Source: an uncultured Candidatus Brevefilum sp. (GTDB taxonomy: Bacteria > Chloroflexota > Anaerolineae > Anaerolineales > Anaerolineaceae). Taken from it: a stretch of 64,000 nucleotides of DNA. Under the pieces are notes generated by a model. It was not told where the DNA came from and did no database searches. It saw only the letters and a program-made list of their open reading frames with translations. Of this stretch, positions 10,025-19,358 are shown piece after piece. Every line of letters begins with the position of its first letter. Position 1 is the first letter of the stretch. The DNA lies in contig CAZCBW010000004.1 of NCBI GenBank assembly GCA_964497065.1, positions 40,207 to 104,206 on the forward strand, read 5' to 3'. The position numbers were made by a program, and so were the translations under genes.

Positions 10025-10927
10025 ATGGCTTTAATTGAAACTCTGGATCTTTCTGTTTATTATGGAAACCAACGTGGTATTCATGAGCTTGACCTGACTG
10101 TTGAGTCAGGAGAAGTGTTTGGGTTTTTAGGACCTAATGGCGCTGGGAAAACAACCACACTGCGAGTTTTATTAGATATCATTCGCCCCGCTAAGGGAAA
10201 TGCCAGCATCTTTGGTTTGGACTGTCAGAAGCACGGTGTAAAAATCAGGAAGCAGGTTGGATATTTACCAGGGGAATTAAGCCTTTATCCCAATATGCGT
10301 GCAGAAACGTATTTCAAAATTGTGAACGCCCTTCGTGGTGTTAAAGAAGACCGAGCATGGCTTGCAGAACTGTGCCAGCGGCTGGCGCTGGATCCAACCC
10401 GTCCAATGAACACTTATTCGCACGGCAATAAGCAAAAGGTCGGGTTGGTGGCAGCCTTTATGAGCCAGCCAGATTTATTGATTCTGGATGAACCAACCAC
10501 GGGGTTGGATCCTTTGGTGCAGCAAGCGGTACATGATCTGGTACGTGAAGTCAGGGATGATGGGCGAACGGTTCTTTTCTCGTCACATATCCTATCGGAG
10601 GTGCAGGCAGTATGTGACCGGGTAGGCATAATCCGCAATGGCATTATTGTCACAACCGAGCGAGTGGATAAGCTGCTTCAAAGACAATTCCGTTGTTTCC
10701 GCTTTCGTTTTGAAAAATTGCCGCCTGAGAATATATTTGATGATCTTGATGTGCGTGAAGTTCACCGCATTGAGAAGGAACTTACGATTGAAATCCACAA
10801 TAATTTTAACGAAGTATTGACTCGGGCAGTTTCATTTGGTGTCATTGACCTTGAAGAAAAGCACTTAACTTTGGAAGAAATCTTCCTGGCTTACTATGGG
10901 GAGAAGGGCGGAAATGGTGATGGTTAA
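10025..10927 (+). CDS. ABC-2 type exporter ATP-binding protein
   Basis: GPNGAGKTT Walker A; YSHGNKQK signature; LILDEPTTGLDP; SSH switch. Confidence 0.92.
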   Translation: MALIETLDLSVYYGNQRGIHELDLTVESGEVFGFLGPNGAGKTTTLRVLLDIIRPAKGNASIFGLDCQKHGVKIRKQVGYLPGELSLYPNMRAETYFKIVNALRGVKEDRAWLAELCQRLALDPTRPMNTYSHGNKQKVGLVAAFMSQPDLLILDEPTTGLDPLVQQAVHDLVREVRDDGRTVLFSSHILSEVQAVCDRVGIIRNGIIVTTERVDKLLQRQFRCFRFRFEKLPPENIFDDLDVREVHRIEKELTIEIHNNFNEVLTRAVSFGVIDLEEKHLTLEEIFLAYYGEKGGNGDG

Positions 10928-11741
10928 ATTATTTTGGATCGAATTACAGCAGCGTAAAGGGGCACTGATCCGTTGGACAATCGCATTGAGTTTTTTCGGC
11001 ACAATCTATATTATCTTGTATCCAAATCTTCCGGCGGAGATGCGAGAAATTAACCCGCAAGCGCTGGCTTTGCTGCAGTCGATTGGCATGCAAACCTTTG
11101 CTACCTTTGAAGGCTGGATTTTGGCAACAGAATTCAATGTGTTGCCGCTGATTGCCAGTTTGTGTGGGTTATTCATGGGCGTTGGTTCACTGGCAGCTGA
11201 AGAAGAACAGGGAACGCTTGAATTACTGGCTTCATTACCGATATCACGCCTTTCAATAATTTTGGCCAAAGCAAGTGCAATGATTGTTGCAATTATATTT
11301 GCCTTAATGATTGTAGGGATTATCGCCGGCTTGATGCTGATTGGTTTACAGATTGAAACATCGGTGACATTTTTTGACCTATTTATGGCGATACTCAGCC
11401 ACTGGATCATGGGGTTATTTTTCATGTCATTGAGTTTGTTCCTCGGGGCATACCTCCCTAACCGGAACAGCACTTTGGTGGCTGGAATGGGATATCTGTT
11501 GGTAAGTTTTTTTGGAGAAAACCTTGCGGGCATGGCACCTGTTCTCGACGCCTATAGGCCTTTCTTTGCTTTTTATTATTTTAAGCGGGTGGTTACAATT
11601 CTAACTGGGGAACTGGTCTGGGCAGATATCGGGATATTAATTGGGGCCAGTATGCTTTTCCTTATTTTGGCCATACTCAGTTTTCATAGACGCAACTTGA
11701 CAGTTCAGGCTTGGCCCTGGCAGCGTCCGAGAATTGAATAA
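10914..11741 (+). CDS. ABC-2 type exporter permease
   Basis: Six TM segments; GSLAAEEEQGTLELLASLPISR motif; overlaps the ATPase stop. Confidence 0.88.
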   Translation: MVMVKLFWIELQQRKGALIRWTIALSFFGTIYIILYPNLPAEMREINPQALALLQSIGMQTFATFEGWILATEFNVLPLIASLCGLFMGVGSLAAEEEQGTLELLASLPISRLSIILAKASAMIVAIIFALMIVGIIAGLMLIGLQIETSVTFFDLFMAILSHWIMGLFFMSLSLFLGAYLPNRNSTLVAGMGYLLVSFFGENLAGMAPVLDAYRPFFAFYYFKRVVTILTGELVWADIGILIGASMLFLILAILSFHRRNLTVQAWPWQRPRIE

Positions 11742-11954
11742 TGGTAAGAAAATCAAGTATACGAAAACCCACCCTGCTAATTGCACAGGATGGGTCATTT
11801 ATTTAATTAACTCACCGCCGGCTATCTCAACCCGTCCAGAGAAAGCAACCCGAACTAATGCCTTATCACCGACGGTGCGTAATATGTCTAGACAATCAAT
11901 AAGTTAACTCCAGTATACACCAGGTGCATATCAGAGTCAAAAACTGTTAACACT

Positions 11955-13076
11955 TTACTCCTGCACCTGCCAGACCAGGGCATATTCATTCCAATAAGCG
12001 GCAGCCAGGTAGCGGCTGTCTGGCGAAAAGGCCAGGTCGGTGACCCAGTCTGAGTCCTCAGAAACCTCAATTTCAATATGCGTATAAAGACTCATTTCGG
12101 GCAGCGACCAGAGGGTGATACCGTCTGTGGTACCGGCTGCCAGCAGCGCCCCATCCGGTGAGAAGGCGGCCGGTGCAGACATGGAGCCGGGACGGCTGGC
12201 CTCGTCCAGCACCCAGGCCAGTTCTCCGTTGGCCACATTATAGACCTTGACCGTGGGTTCAAAGCCGACCTGGTGCCCGCCCACAGCCAGGAACTGCCCA
12301 TCAGGCGAGAAGGACATCCCCCAGGTGCCGCAGTAGTCTGTTTCCGGCTCGATTGTGCGCACCAGGTCGCCAGTGCTGGCATCCCATAAGAAGATATACC
12401 CGTTCCAATCGCCTGCGGCGATGATGCCTCCGTCAGGCGAATACGCCAGGGACGTTAGATAATCTGGTTTAACATCGACATAGTCAGCGGGGTTTAGCTC
12501 GAGGATTTGCTCGCCGCTGTCGGCATCCCAGACCCAGGTCTCTCCGCTGCGATTGCCAGTAGCGATTTGGGTACCGTCGGGTGAAAGGGCCAGGTAATTG
12601 TCATACCCGCCGTGAAAATCGACCATCAGCGATTGATCAGCCAGAGAATAGCGGTTGACGCCGCCGAGGGAAAACGCTGCAAAGATCGACTGATCGTCCG
12701 GGGTGAAAGCCAGTTCGTCCACAGAATGGGGCATGTCAGGCATTGACTTCAGTAACTCCCCGCTGGCAGCATCAAAGATATCGACCAGCCTGAAGGTTCC
12801 GACGGCGATCTGACTGCCGTCATGGCTGTAAGCCACACTTTCAACCGTGTGGCCTGTTTCGGTGGGTACCAGTCGCAGCGTCAGCTCTGGGATAAAACCC
12901 GGTTCCTCAGCTGGTTCTTCGATCGGTTCAGGTTCCTCCACCGGGGGCATTTCTTCGACCACTTCCGGATCTTGCGGCTGGGCGCTCAGCAGGTTGCAAG
13001 CCAGCCCGGATAAGAGGATGGCTGCCATCATTACGATGATGATCCAGTACGGTTTACCAAGGTATTTTTGTGTCAT
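11955..13076 (-). CDS. WD40/beta-propeller repeat lipoprotein
   Basis: LACN lipobox; Pro/Glu linker; repeated (V/L)A(F/Y)SPDG..(L/I)A.G...I..WD units. Confidence 0.88.
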   Translation of the reverse strand: MTQKYLGKPYWIIIVMMAAILLSGLACNLLSAQPQDPEVVEEMPPVEEPEPIEEPAEEPGFIPELTLRLVPTETGHTVESVAYSHDGSQIAVGTFRLVDIFDAASGELLKSMPDMPHSVDELAFTPDDQSIFAAFSLGGVNRYSLADQSLMVDFHGGYDNYLALSPDGTQIATGNRSGETWVWDADSGEQILELNPADYVDVKPDYLTSLAYSPDGGIIAAGDWNGYIFLWDASTGDLVRTIEPETDYCGTWGMSFSPDGQFLAVGGHQVGFEPTVKVYNVANGELAWVLDEASRPGSMSAPAAFSPDGALLAAGTTDGITLWSLPEMSLYTHIEIEVSEDSDWVTDLAFSPDSRYLAAAYWNEYALVWQVQE

Positions 13077-13279
13077 TTTTCCTCCAAGATTGGTTTTAGA
13101 AATACAGGCACATTTCGTGTCAGGGTTTGATTATGAGGGGAATATTTGAATGGATTTTTAATTTGTGTTTTGGCTGTTTGCTGCGTGATCGAATCACCTG
13201 GTATCGATGGATGGCTTGTTAAACACAGTCATCATATCTGTATCGGTATTGTATTAAGAGTATATCATAACGGCAGAAT

Positions 13280-13786
13280 TTAGGGCTGACGGGCTGCGCG
13301 GATGAACATGAACCCCGGCTCACGGTGTAGTTTTTCGTAGACCGCGGGGTTCTTCTCTTTGAATATCTCCGTCGGCAGGGGTTCCAGCACTTGCTCAAGC
13401 CTGAATCCCACCTCGATCAATGGGTTGAACACCTCAGCCAACGGTCGGCGGTAGGAGGGCACCACCACCGGTTCGCCAAACCCGCGCCAGGTGAATTTCT
13501 GCCCGATCCCCCAACCGATCACGAGCATGGGCGACCATTTTGGCGTTGGCATTTATAGCCATCACGCTGGCACCCAAATTGACGATGATTTCCGTCAGCG
13601 CCCCCGGGCCGCAGCCGGCATCCAGCACACGCAGACCCTGCACATCCGGCAGCAGCGAAAGCATGGCCGGGCGTTCATAATCCGCATTGTATGCTTTGGT
13701 GCCTGCCCGGGCAGCATAGCCATCCGGCAGCCGGTCATAGGCCGGGTTGGCGATTGGTTCTGGATTTATTTAGGTTGTTTGTTCAT
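13280..13786 (-). pseudogene. Class I SAM-dependent methyltransferase pseudogene
   Basis: ATG at 13786 hits TAA after 6 codons (probable 1-nt loss in CCTAAATAAAT). Next frame: PIANPAYDRL...YERPAMLSLLPDVQGLRVLDAGCGPG...EIHLA. The frame then switches at CACCTGGC (13486-13493) to TWRGFGEPVVVPSYRRPL...PGFMFIRA. The central part of the fold is missing. Confidence 0.8.
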
Positions 13787-13799
13787 GCACGTTGTGCGT

Positions 13800-14075
13800 T
13801 CATCCCAAACTCAGCGGGCCGTCTTGGTGATCACCTTCGTACCAGGAAAGTGTGAGGGTCAGTTTTTGCCGCTTGCCCTTGACGCGCTTTATTTTCTCTC
13901 TGGCCTTGACCTTCATGGACATATGCTGGGGGATCGGCAGCACAACGTCGGATGGCTCAGCACGCAGGATCACCTGCCCTTCATTGATCTTCTGGCTGAG
14001 CTGGGCTAAGAACTGGCTCACCTCTGCCCGTGATTTGCGTTCTTTGTGGTCGAATAATTTGGCTTTCTTGGCCAT
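13800..14075 (-). CDS. Amphi-Trp domain-containing protein
   Basis: E.KSRAEVSQFL.QL..KI.EG.V.L...V.K..E.....KLTLTLSW pattern with terminal Trp. Confidence 0.75.
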   Translation of the reverse strand: MAKKAKLFDHKERKSRAEVSQFLAQLSQKINEGQVILRAEPSDVVLPIPQHMSMKVKAREKIKRVKGKRQKLTLTLSWYEGDHQDGPLSLG

Positions 14076-14315
14076 GTTAACTCCTTTCTGATACTTGTGT
14101 GCTTCCTTTGGGTTTTAAAATCAGGGTGATTAAAATTTTACGTTTCAACCTGCTTGATGTAAAAGACATGCCCATAATACCCTCTTAATCATCATACCAC
14201 GAGCGTCGTCGTTTGCATCGCTGCCCCTGGCTTTCTCATAGGTGCTAAGAATTATTAAAAATGGTACACTCCTGAAACTTATTAGGTATATTGCTGAAAT
14301 TAAGGGCCCTTTCGG

Positions 14316-14960
14316 ATGACTGATCCATTGCAAACCCTGCAATTAGCCTTGTTTGGCCTCTCGATCCTGACGCTGTTGACCTTTGGTACCCTGATCCTGG
14401 CCAGGCCGGTTAATGTGATCAACCGCCGCTGGTACCTGGCCGTGCTGCTGCCGTTATTGCTGGCGAACCCGCTGGCTGTACTGGAGGAAGAAGCGCTGCT
14501 AACAGTTAGCTGGACGGTGGATTGGCGCACCTGGCTGGTTTTGGCTGCCAGCATCGGGCTGCTGATTTATTTTGTGGTTACCTTGCGGGGTATGGTCGTT
14601 TACGGATTATCACTTGAGTCGGTTGAAGAACAACTGACCGCCGCCTGGCAGGCACAGGGTTTCACCGTTACGGCTCAGGCGGGAGAAAACCAGGCGGAAA
14701 GCCGTATGCTGATGGTCGAATTCGATGGGGCTTCGGCCGAGATCGTGCTCTCAGCCCGTTTCAGGGAGGTGCGCATCCAGCCCGGCTCAGCTGCAGGGCA
14801 GAACACCCTCAGGCAAGCGCTCCCTGCCTTACGCGATTCTGAAGCAGCAGAGGGGGTTACCTTCCACATGGCTGGCGTTCTCTATATCGTGCTGGCGGTG
14901 GTGTTTGCGGTGATGAGCTGGATCTTTTTCTTTGAGCCGCGCCTGGTTTTGCTGCCCTGA
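14316..14960 (+). CDS. Hypothetical membrane protein
   Basis: 214-aa ORF with 3 N-terminal and 1 C-terminal hydrophobic segments; no family recognised. Confidence 0.65.
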   Translation: MTDPLQTLQLALFGLSILTLLTFGTLILARPVNVINRRWYLAVLLPLLLANPLAVLEEEALLTVSWTVDWRTWLVLAASIGLLIYFVVTLRGMVVYGLSLESVEEQLTAAWQAQGFTVTAQAGENQAESRMLMVEFDGASAEIVLSARFREVRIQPGSAAGQNTLRQALPALRDSEAAEGVTFHMAGVLYIVLAVVFAVMSWIFFFEPRLVLLP

Positions 14961-15044
14961 AACACATTATATTAAACACTCTGACCATCCAGGGCAATTG
15001 CAAAGTCATTCACTTTGATCATGTCAAATATGTGTACATGAAAA

Positions 15045-15156
15045 CCACCTCATCTTGCCCCCACCAAAAGCAGGTGCGGGTTCCGCTTTGCTCCAGCAGC
15101 TGTGCGCCACCTTCTCCTCGAGGAGAAGCTGTCTGCGAAGCAGACTGATGAGGTGG
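15045..15156. repeat. REP-like composite palindromic element
   Basis: Terminal inverted 10-mers CCACCTCATC / GATGAGGTGG. Internal perfect 18-bp palindrome CTTCTCCTCGAGGAGAAG (15111-15128) and GTCTGC-GAA-GCAGAC hairpin (15131-15145). Confidence 0.6.
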
Positions 15157-15418
15157 AGTTAGTTTCATCGACGATTAAGTTTGAATTAATAAGTAAAAAA
15201 GAATACCACGCCTAGAGCTTCTAAGCACCTTCCTGTCTTAAATGGAACTCCCATTCCGTTTTTTTGTGGGGATTAGCAAAAGGAATGCAAAGTAATCTCA
15301 CTCAGTCAGTAAAGCATATTTCTGACTTTGTGATTGCCCTACTGACCATCATGATGGATATATGCTGCACAACTGCGTGTGGTAGGATTAACCGCGTTTA
15401 TTAACTTCCGGAGGCAGG

Positions 15419-16408
15419 ATGGAAAACCCTGATAAAGTCATTATCACTGGGCCGATTGGCCTGGCACTGCGGACGGCACTGCGCACGGATGGCAGCGGTC
15501 CGCTCACCCCCGGTCAGCCGCATCTGGCAGGACCGATGGCGGCAGACATTTCTGGTACGGCCGCATCACTGAGCCAGACCTTGTTACATTTAAACATGCC
15601 CACGCAGTTGATCGCCAAGGTTGGGGCAGACCCATTGGGGATGCTCCTGCACAACCTGCTTGAGGATGCCGTGCCTGGAATGGCTAATGACCTGGTCGTC
15701 GACCCGGGCACCTCGACAGCCTACCAGTTGGCCATCCAGCCAGCAGAAGGAGCACCGACACTGCTCAGCACTAACAGTGCCAATGACCATTTTTACGCCT
15801 CAGACCTGCCACGTGGGGCGCTGCAGGGGGCGGACCTGTTCCTGTTCTGCGACCCGTTTGGGATGCGGTCTATCTTCCGGGGTGAGGGCGGGGAACTGGT
15901 CTCCATTCTCAATAAAGCCCGCCGCGCCGGGATGACGACCGGGCTGGTATTAACGGACACTGCTTTCAATTTGCAGACTGAGCCGATGGATTGGTTAAGT
16001 CTTTTGAGGGGAGTGGATCTATTGCTGGCCGATTTGGATGCCTTCAAACGGATGCTTGGCCTGGTTGATGCAGCATTAAATGAAGCGGATAATCTGGCAG
16101 CCAGGTTGAATTCAACTCTCACCGGGTTGATGGCTGGCGGCCCCAAGCTGGCCCTGGTCTATGCTGCTGGACGGGGTTTATATCTGCGTACCAAAGAAGA
16201 ACCTGCCTGGAAAAAGGGCGGGCGTGCGCTGGCCAGGATCAGCCCTGACTGGTTTGGGTGCGACCGGTGGCAGACGATTGAAGTGCCTGGCGAGGGCGAT
16301 GAAGTGAATTCGATTACATCAACCCTGGCCGGTTTTATCGCCGGCCTGCTGGGGTTTGAGACACCTGGGACAACCCTATCAATGTCAATAAAGATGATAA
16401 GTTTTTGA
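15419..16408 (+). CDS. PfkB/ribokinase-family protein, catalytic motif apparently degenerate
   Basis: AKVGADPLG, TSTAY, GANDHF-like segment (SANDHF) and ALVYAAGRGLYLR are present. The C-terminal GAGD motif is replaced by NSITSTLAGFIAG. Confidence 0.7.
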   Translation: MENPDKVIITGPIGLALRTALRTDGSGPLTPGQPHLAGPMAADISGTAASLSQTLLHLNMPTQLIAKVGADPLGMLLHNLLEDAVPGMANDLVVDPGTSTAYQLAIQPAEGAPTLLSTNSANDHFYASDLPRGALQGADLFLFCDPFGMRSIFRGEGGELVSILNKARRAGMTTGLVLTDTAFNLQTEPMDWLSLLRGVDLLLADLDAFKRMLGLVDAALNEADNLAARLNSTLTGLMAGGPKLALVYAAGRGLYLRTKEEPAWKKGGRALARISPDWFGCDRWQTIEVPGEGDEVNSITSTLAGFIAGLLGFETPGTTLSMSIKMISF

Positions 16409-16409
16409 A

Positions 16410-16787
16410 ATGAATCAGAGCGACAAACCGGCCGGCACAGATGTGTTGACAACATGGGAGGTGGCTGCGATCAACATCCTGATCGCGCTAGACCCGGGTT
16501 TAGATTTAGATGTACATGCCAGCCGCGAGAATATGCTGGCGCTGATGCAGGCGCTGGACCGGGGCGACCTGGCTCCTGTTCTGCGAGATGAAGCGTTTAT
16601 AGCACTGACCGAATCGCTCCTGTTGGCGGTTGTGCGTAACGAGCGGATCGAGGTGGCAGATACCTCCACTTACCACGCCCGGGGGGCGATCATCGCGGCA
16701 GCACGGGTGATCTACCACCGTGTGGTCGCAGAAGGGCTGCACCCATCCCATGCTGAGATTCTGGCCGTGTTTGATGGGGAATCATGA
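16410..16787 (+). CDS. Hypothetical protein
   Basis: 125-aa ORF tightly packed between the PfkB-like gene and sfsA (1-nt gap and 4-nt overlap). Confidence 0.6.
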   Translation: MNQSDKPAGTDVLTTWEVAAINILIALDPGLDLDVHASRENMLALMQALDRGDLAPVLRDEAFIALTESLLLAVVRNERIEVADTSTYHARGAIIAAARVIYHRVVAEGLHPSHAEILAVFDGES

Positions 16788-17473
16788 AGTTCCCGCCGCT
16801 AATTGAAGCCGAGTTTATCCACCGCCCAAATCGCTTTACTGCAGGCATCCGGCTTGTAGATGGTGGGGTGGGGCGGGCTTACGTCCCGACGACCGGGCGG
16901 CTGACCGGGGTATTGGTGCCAGGCTGCCGGGTCTGGCTGGAAAAAGCTGTGAGGGCTGACCGGAAAACACCCTATACGCTGGTACTGGCCGAATTGGGTA
17001 GTGGGGCCTTGTGTTCTGTGGATGCTCACCTGGCCAACCGTCTGTTTGCAGAGGCAGTCGAGGAAGGGCATCTGTCGAAGTTTGAGGCGGACAGGGTGGA
17101 AGCTGAAGTGAAAATCGGCCGCAGTCGGCTGGACTTCAAGCTCAGGATGGGCGGGCAAATCTGCTGGGTGGAGGTTAAGTCTGTCACCTATGCGGCGGGG
17201 GGTGTGGCCATGTTCCCCGACGCGCCGACCGCTCGTGGGCGCAGACATTTACTGGAACTGGCCAGGCTGGTTTCCGGGGGTGACCGGGCTGAGGCAGTCT
17301 TCATCGTTCAGCGGCCGGATGCGCAGGTGTTCAGACCTTATGCCGAAATTGACCCGGAATTTGCAGAGACCCTGCGAAAGGTGCACAATACAGGTGTGGG
17401 GGTGAGGACCTTCCGCTGTGCGGTCAGCACCGAAAGCGTAGAGATCCTTAAGGAAATCCCGGTCGAACTTTAA
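16784..17473 (+). CDS. sfsA: DNA/RNA nuclease SfsA (sugar fermentation stimulation protein)
   Basis: FIHRPNRF, YVPTTGRL, SRLDF, WVEVKSVT, FPDAPTARGRRHLLEL and PYAEIDPEFAETL motifs. Confidence 0.93.
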   Translation: MKFPPLIEAEFIHRPNRFTAGIRLVDGGVGRAYVPTTGRLTGVLVPGCRVWLEKAVRADRKTPYTLVLAELGSGALCSVDAHLANRLFAEAVEEGHLSKFEADRVEAEVKIGRSRLDFKLRMGGQICWVEVKSVTYAAGGVAMFPDAPTARGRRHLLELARLVSGGDRAEAVFIVQRPDAQVFRPYAEIDPEFAETLRKVHNTGVGVRTFRCAVSTESVEILKEIPVEL

Positions 17474-17538
17474 TTGGCTACAGAAAAAATTCTTGACGGG
17501 ATTGAATAGATTGGGTTATAGTCTTTATAACAATTATT

Positions 17539-17639
17539 GTAACTACTTAGCTTATGAAAAAATTGGGGGTGTGGTGTGGCGGCTTTGCCGCCACACCACA
17601 CCCCCGACCTTTCATTTGCAAAGAAGCCTGAGCAGTTAC
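17539..17639 (-). mobile_element. MITE copy 2 (101 bp, reverse orientation)
   Basis: Near reverse complement of copy 1. Flanks CAATTATT (17531-17538) and CAATTGTT (17640-17647) match at 7 of 8 positions. Confidence 0.9.
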
Positions 17640-17666
17640 CAATTGTTCTATATTAGGAAGTTGTTT

Positions 17667-18453
17667 ATGAAGTTTGAAAACCGGATCCTCCAGGGTGATT
17701 GTGAACAGGTACTGAAAGCCTTCCCGGATGATAGTGTTGACCTGATTTTTACCTCGCCCCCTTATGCGGATCAAAGAAAAAACACCTATGGCGGCATCAA
17801 ACCGGATGATTATGTGGATTGGTTTATGCCAAGAGCGGCATACCTATGTACTGGAATTGATCCAGGCGATGCGCGGGCAGGGCTGGTTATGGACGGAAGA
17901 ATTCATCTGGCATAAGAAAAATTCATTCCCGGGGAAGTGGCCTAACCGGTTTCGGGATAACTGGGAAAGATTGCTGCAGTTCAACAAGCAGAAGAAATTT
18001 AATATGTACCAGGAAGCGGTGATGGTGCCGGTGGGAAATTGGGCAAAAGACCGCTTGAATAATTTAAGTGAAACCGATAAAACCCGTGATGAATCCAGGG
18101 TCGGCAGCGGATTCGGCAAGAATATCAGCCATTGGGTCGGACGGAAGAAGGTTTATCCCACCAATGTCCTGCATATGGCGACGGAGTGTGCTAACCGGAA
18201 CCACAGTGCAGTCTTTCCGGAGGAATTGCCTTCCTGGTTTATCAAATTATTTACACAGCCGGGTGATCTTGTTCTGGACCCGTTTATTGGGTCAGGTACA
18301 ACAGCGGTGGCAGCAGTCCAGCTGGGAAGAAAATTCATCGGCATCGATGTGGAACATGAATATGTGACATTAAGTGAGCAGCGCTTATCTGATTTGCAGA
18401 TCAGCCTGCCATTGCTTGCAGATAAGAAACCCGATTACAAAGAAGATCAGTGA
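17667..18453 (+). pseudogene. Site-specific N4C/N6A DNA methyltransferase (beta class), frameshifted by an internal deletion
   Basis: Frame A from ATG 17667: ILQGDC..VL..FPDDSVDLIFTSPPY...WFMPR. Frame B from about 17833: ERHTYVLEL...EEFIWHK...HSAVFPEELP.WFIKLFT..GD.VLDPFIGSGTT. The two frames meet at GAGCGG (17833-17838). Confidence 0.85.
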
Positions 18454-18655
18454 CGACCCAAACTTGTATAAGGACATCATTGAGCCCATCGGGTATCGGG
18501 CAAAAGAGCATAATGAGGCCTTCTATCGTGAGAAGGGTCGGGTGGTCAACCGATTCACCAAACTGTTTTTAGACCGATTTTGCGACCAGGCGGGGAACAT
18601 CGATTGGGGGCAATTGGTGGAATTTAACAGTGGGAACCTCGATATGGTGAAATAA
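18446..18655 (+). pseudogene. C-terminal remnant of a type II restriction endonuclease (PmeII-family-like)
   Basis: ISDDPNLYKDIIEPIGYRAKEHNE...NRFT..F...FC...G.IDW..LVEFNS resembles the PmeII-type C-terminus as I recall it. No start codon or N-terminus; it is fused directly at the MTase stop. Confidence 0.55.
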
Positions 18656-19090
18656 GGATTTACCCGCAAGATATGACATTCTTCCTGAAGCTGGGTTTAA
18701 TGAGAATTTACTCTTGCACGAAATCCAGAATCCTATTAGAATAGGGTTTGTACTCAGATGGTTTTAATTTTATTGGTGGGAAGGTGTTGCAGGTGAGTAC
18801 AATGAAAGTTCGTTGATCGGGGCTATTCTTTAGAACGAAAGCAGATAAAATTTTAGATGACGACTGAAGGGGCAGTGGGAAACATCGCAATTACCAACAT
18901 TATCACCAGCCAGGTTTATACCTGCCTGTTGAATGTTTCAAGCCAGCCTGATTTGGGCTGGTTTTGTGGTTAATGGCGATGGCGCTGCCGTTGAAAGGAG
19001 GCACGATCAGGGGAAACTAAAATGACATAATAACCGGTTTATTGACAGACGGCCGGGATCGTACCGCCAATGGGAATCCCAAGCGCACAA

Positions 19091-19225
19091 CCCTGGCATC
19101 CATAAGATGGATCCGGGGTGGGAACACAGCCCATCCAGCGGGGAAAACGTCCGGCGAGTCTGCCGGCGAAGGGGCACCAGGCGCAAATTTATCATATTGT
19201 ATTTATCACAGCCAGCGTGCCCCCG
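19091..19225 (+). ncRNA. Candidate structured leader RNA (c-di-AMP/ydaO-riboswitch-like 5' half)
   Basis: Stems CCCTGG/CCGGGG (19091-96 / 19113-18), CATC/GATG, TGGG/CCCA, CCGGC/GCCGG and GGGGCAC/GTGCCCC (19171-77 / 19217-23). Lies about 135 nt upstream of the giant surface-protein ATG. Confidence 0.4.
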
Positions 19226-19358
19226 CCGGGGAAATTGACCAACTATTTAATCGAAATGCACAGGAATTGCCAGCCGCGGCCGCGCAGCCAGCGGCTGCGA
19301 TCTGGCATCTTAAGGGTGCTGGTGTGCCTGTGCCAAACAAAAACGGAGGAAAATCAAG

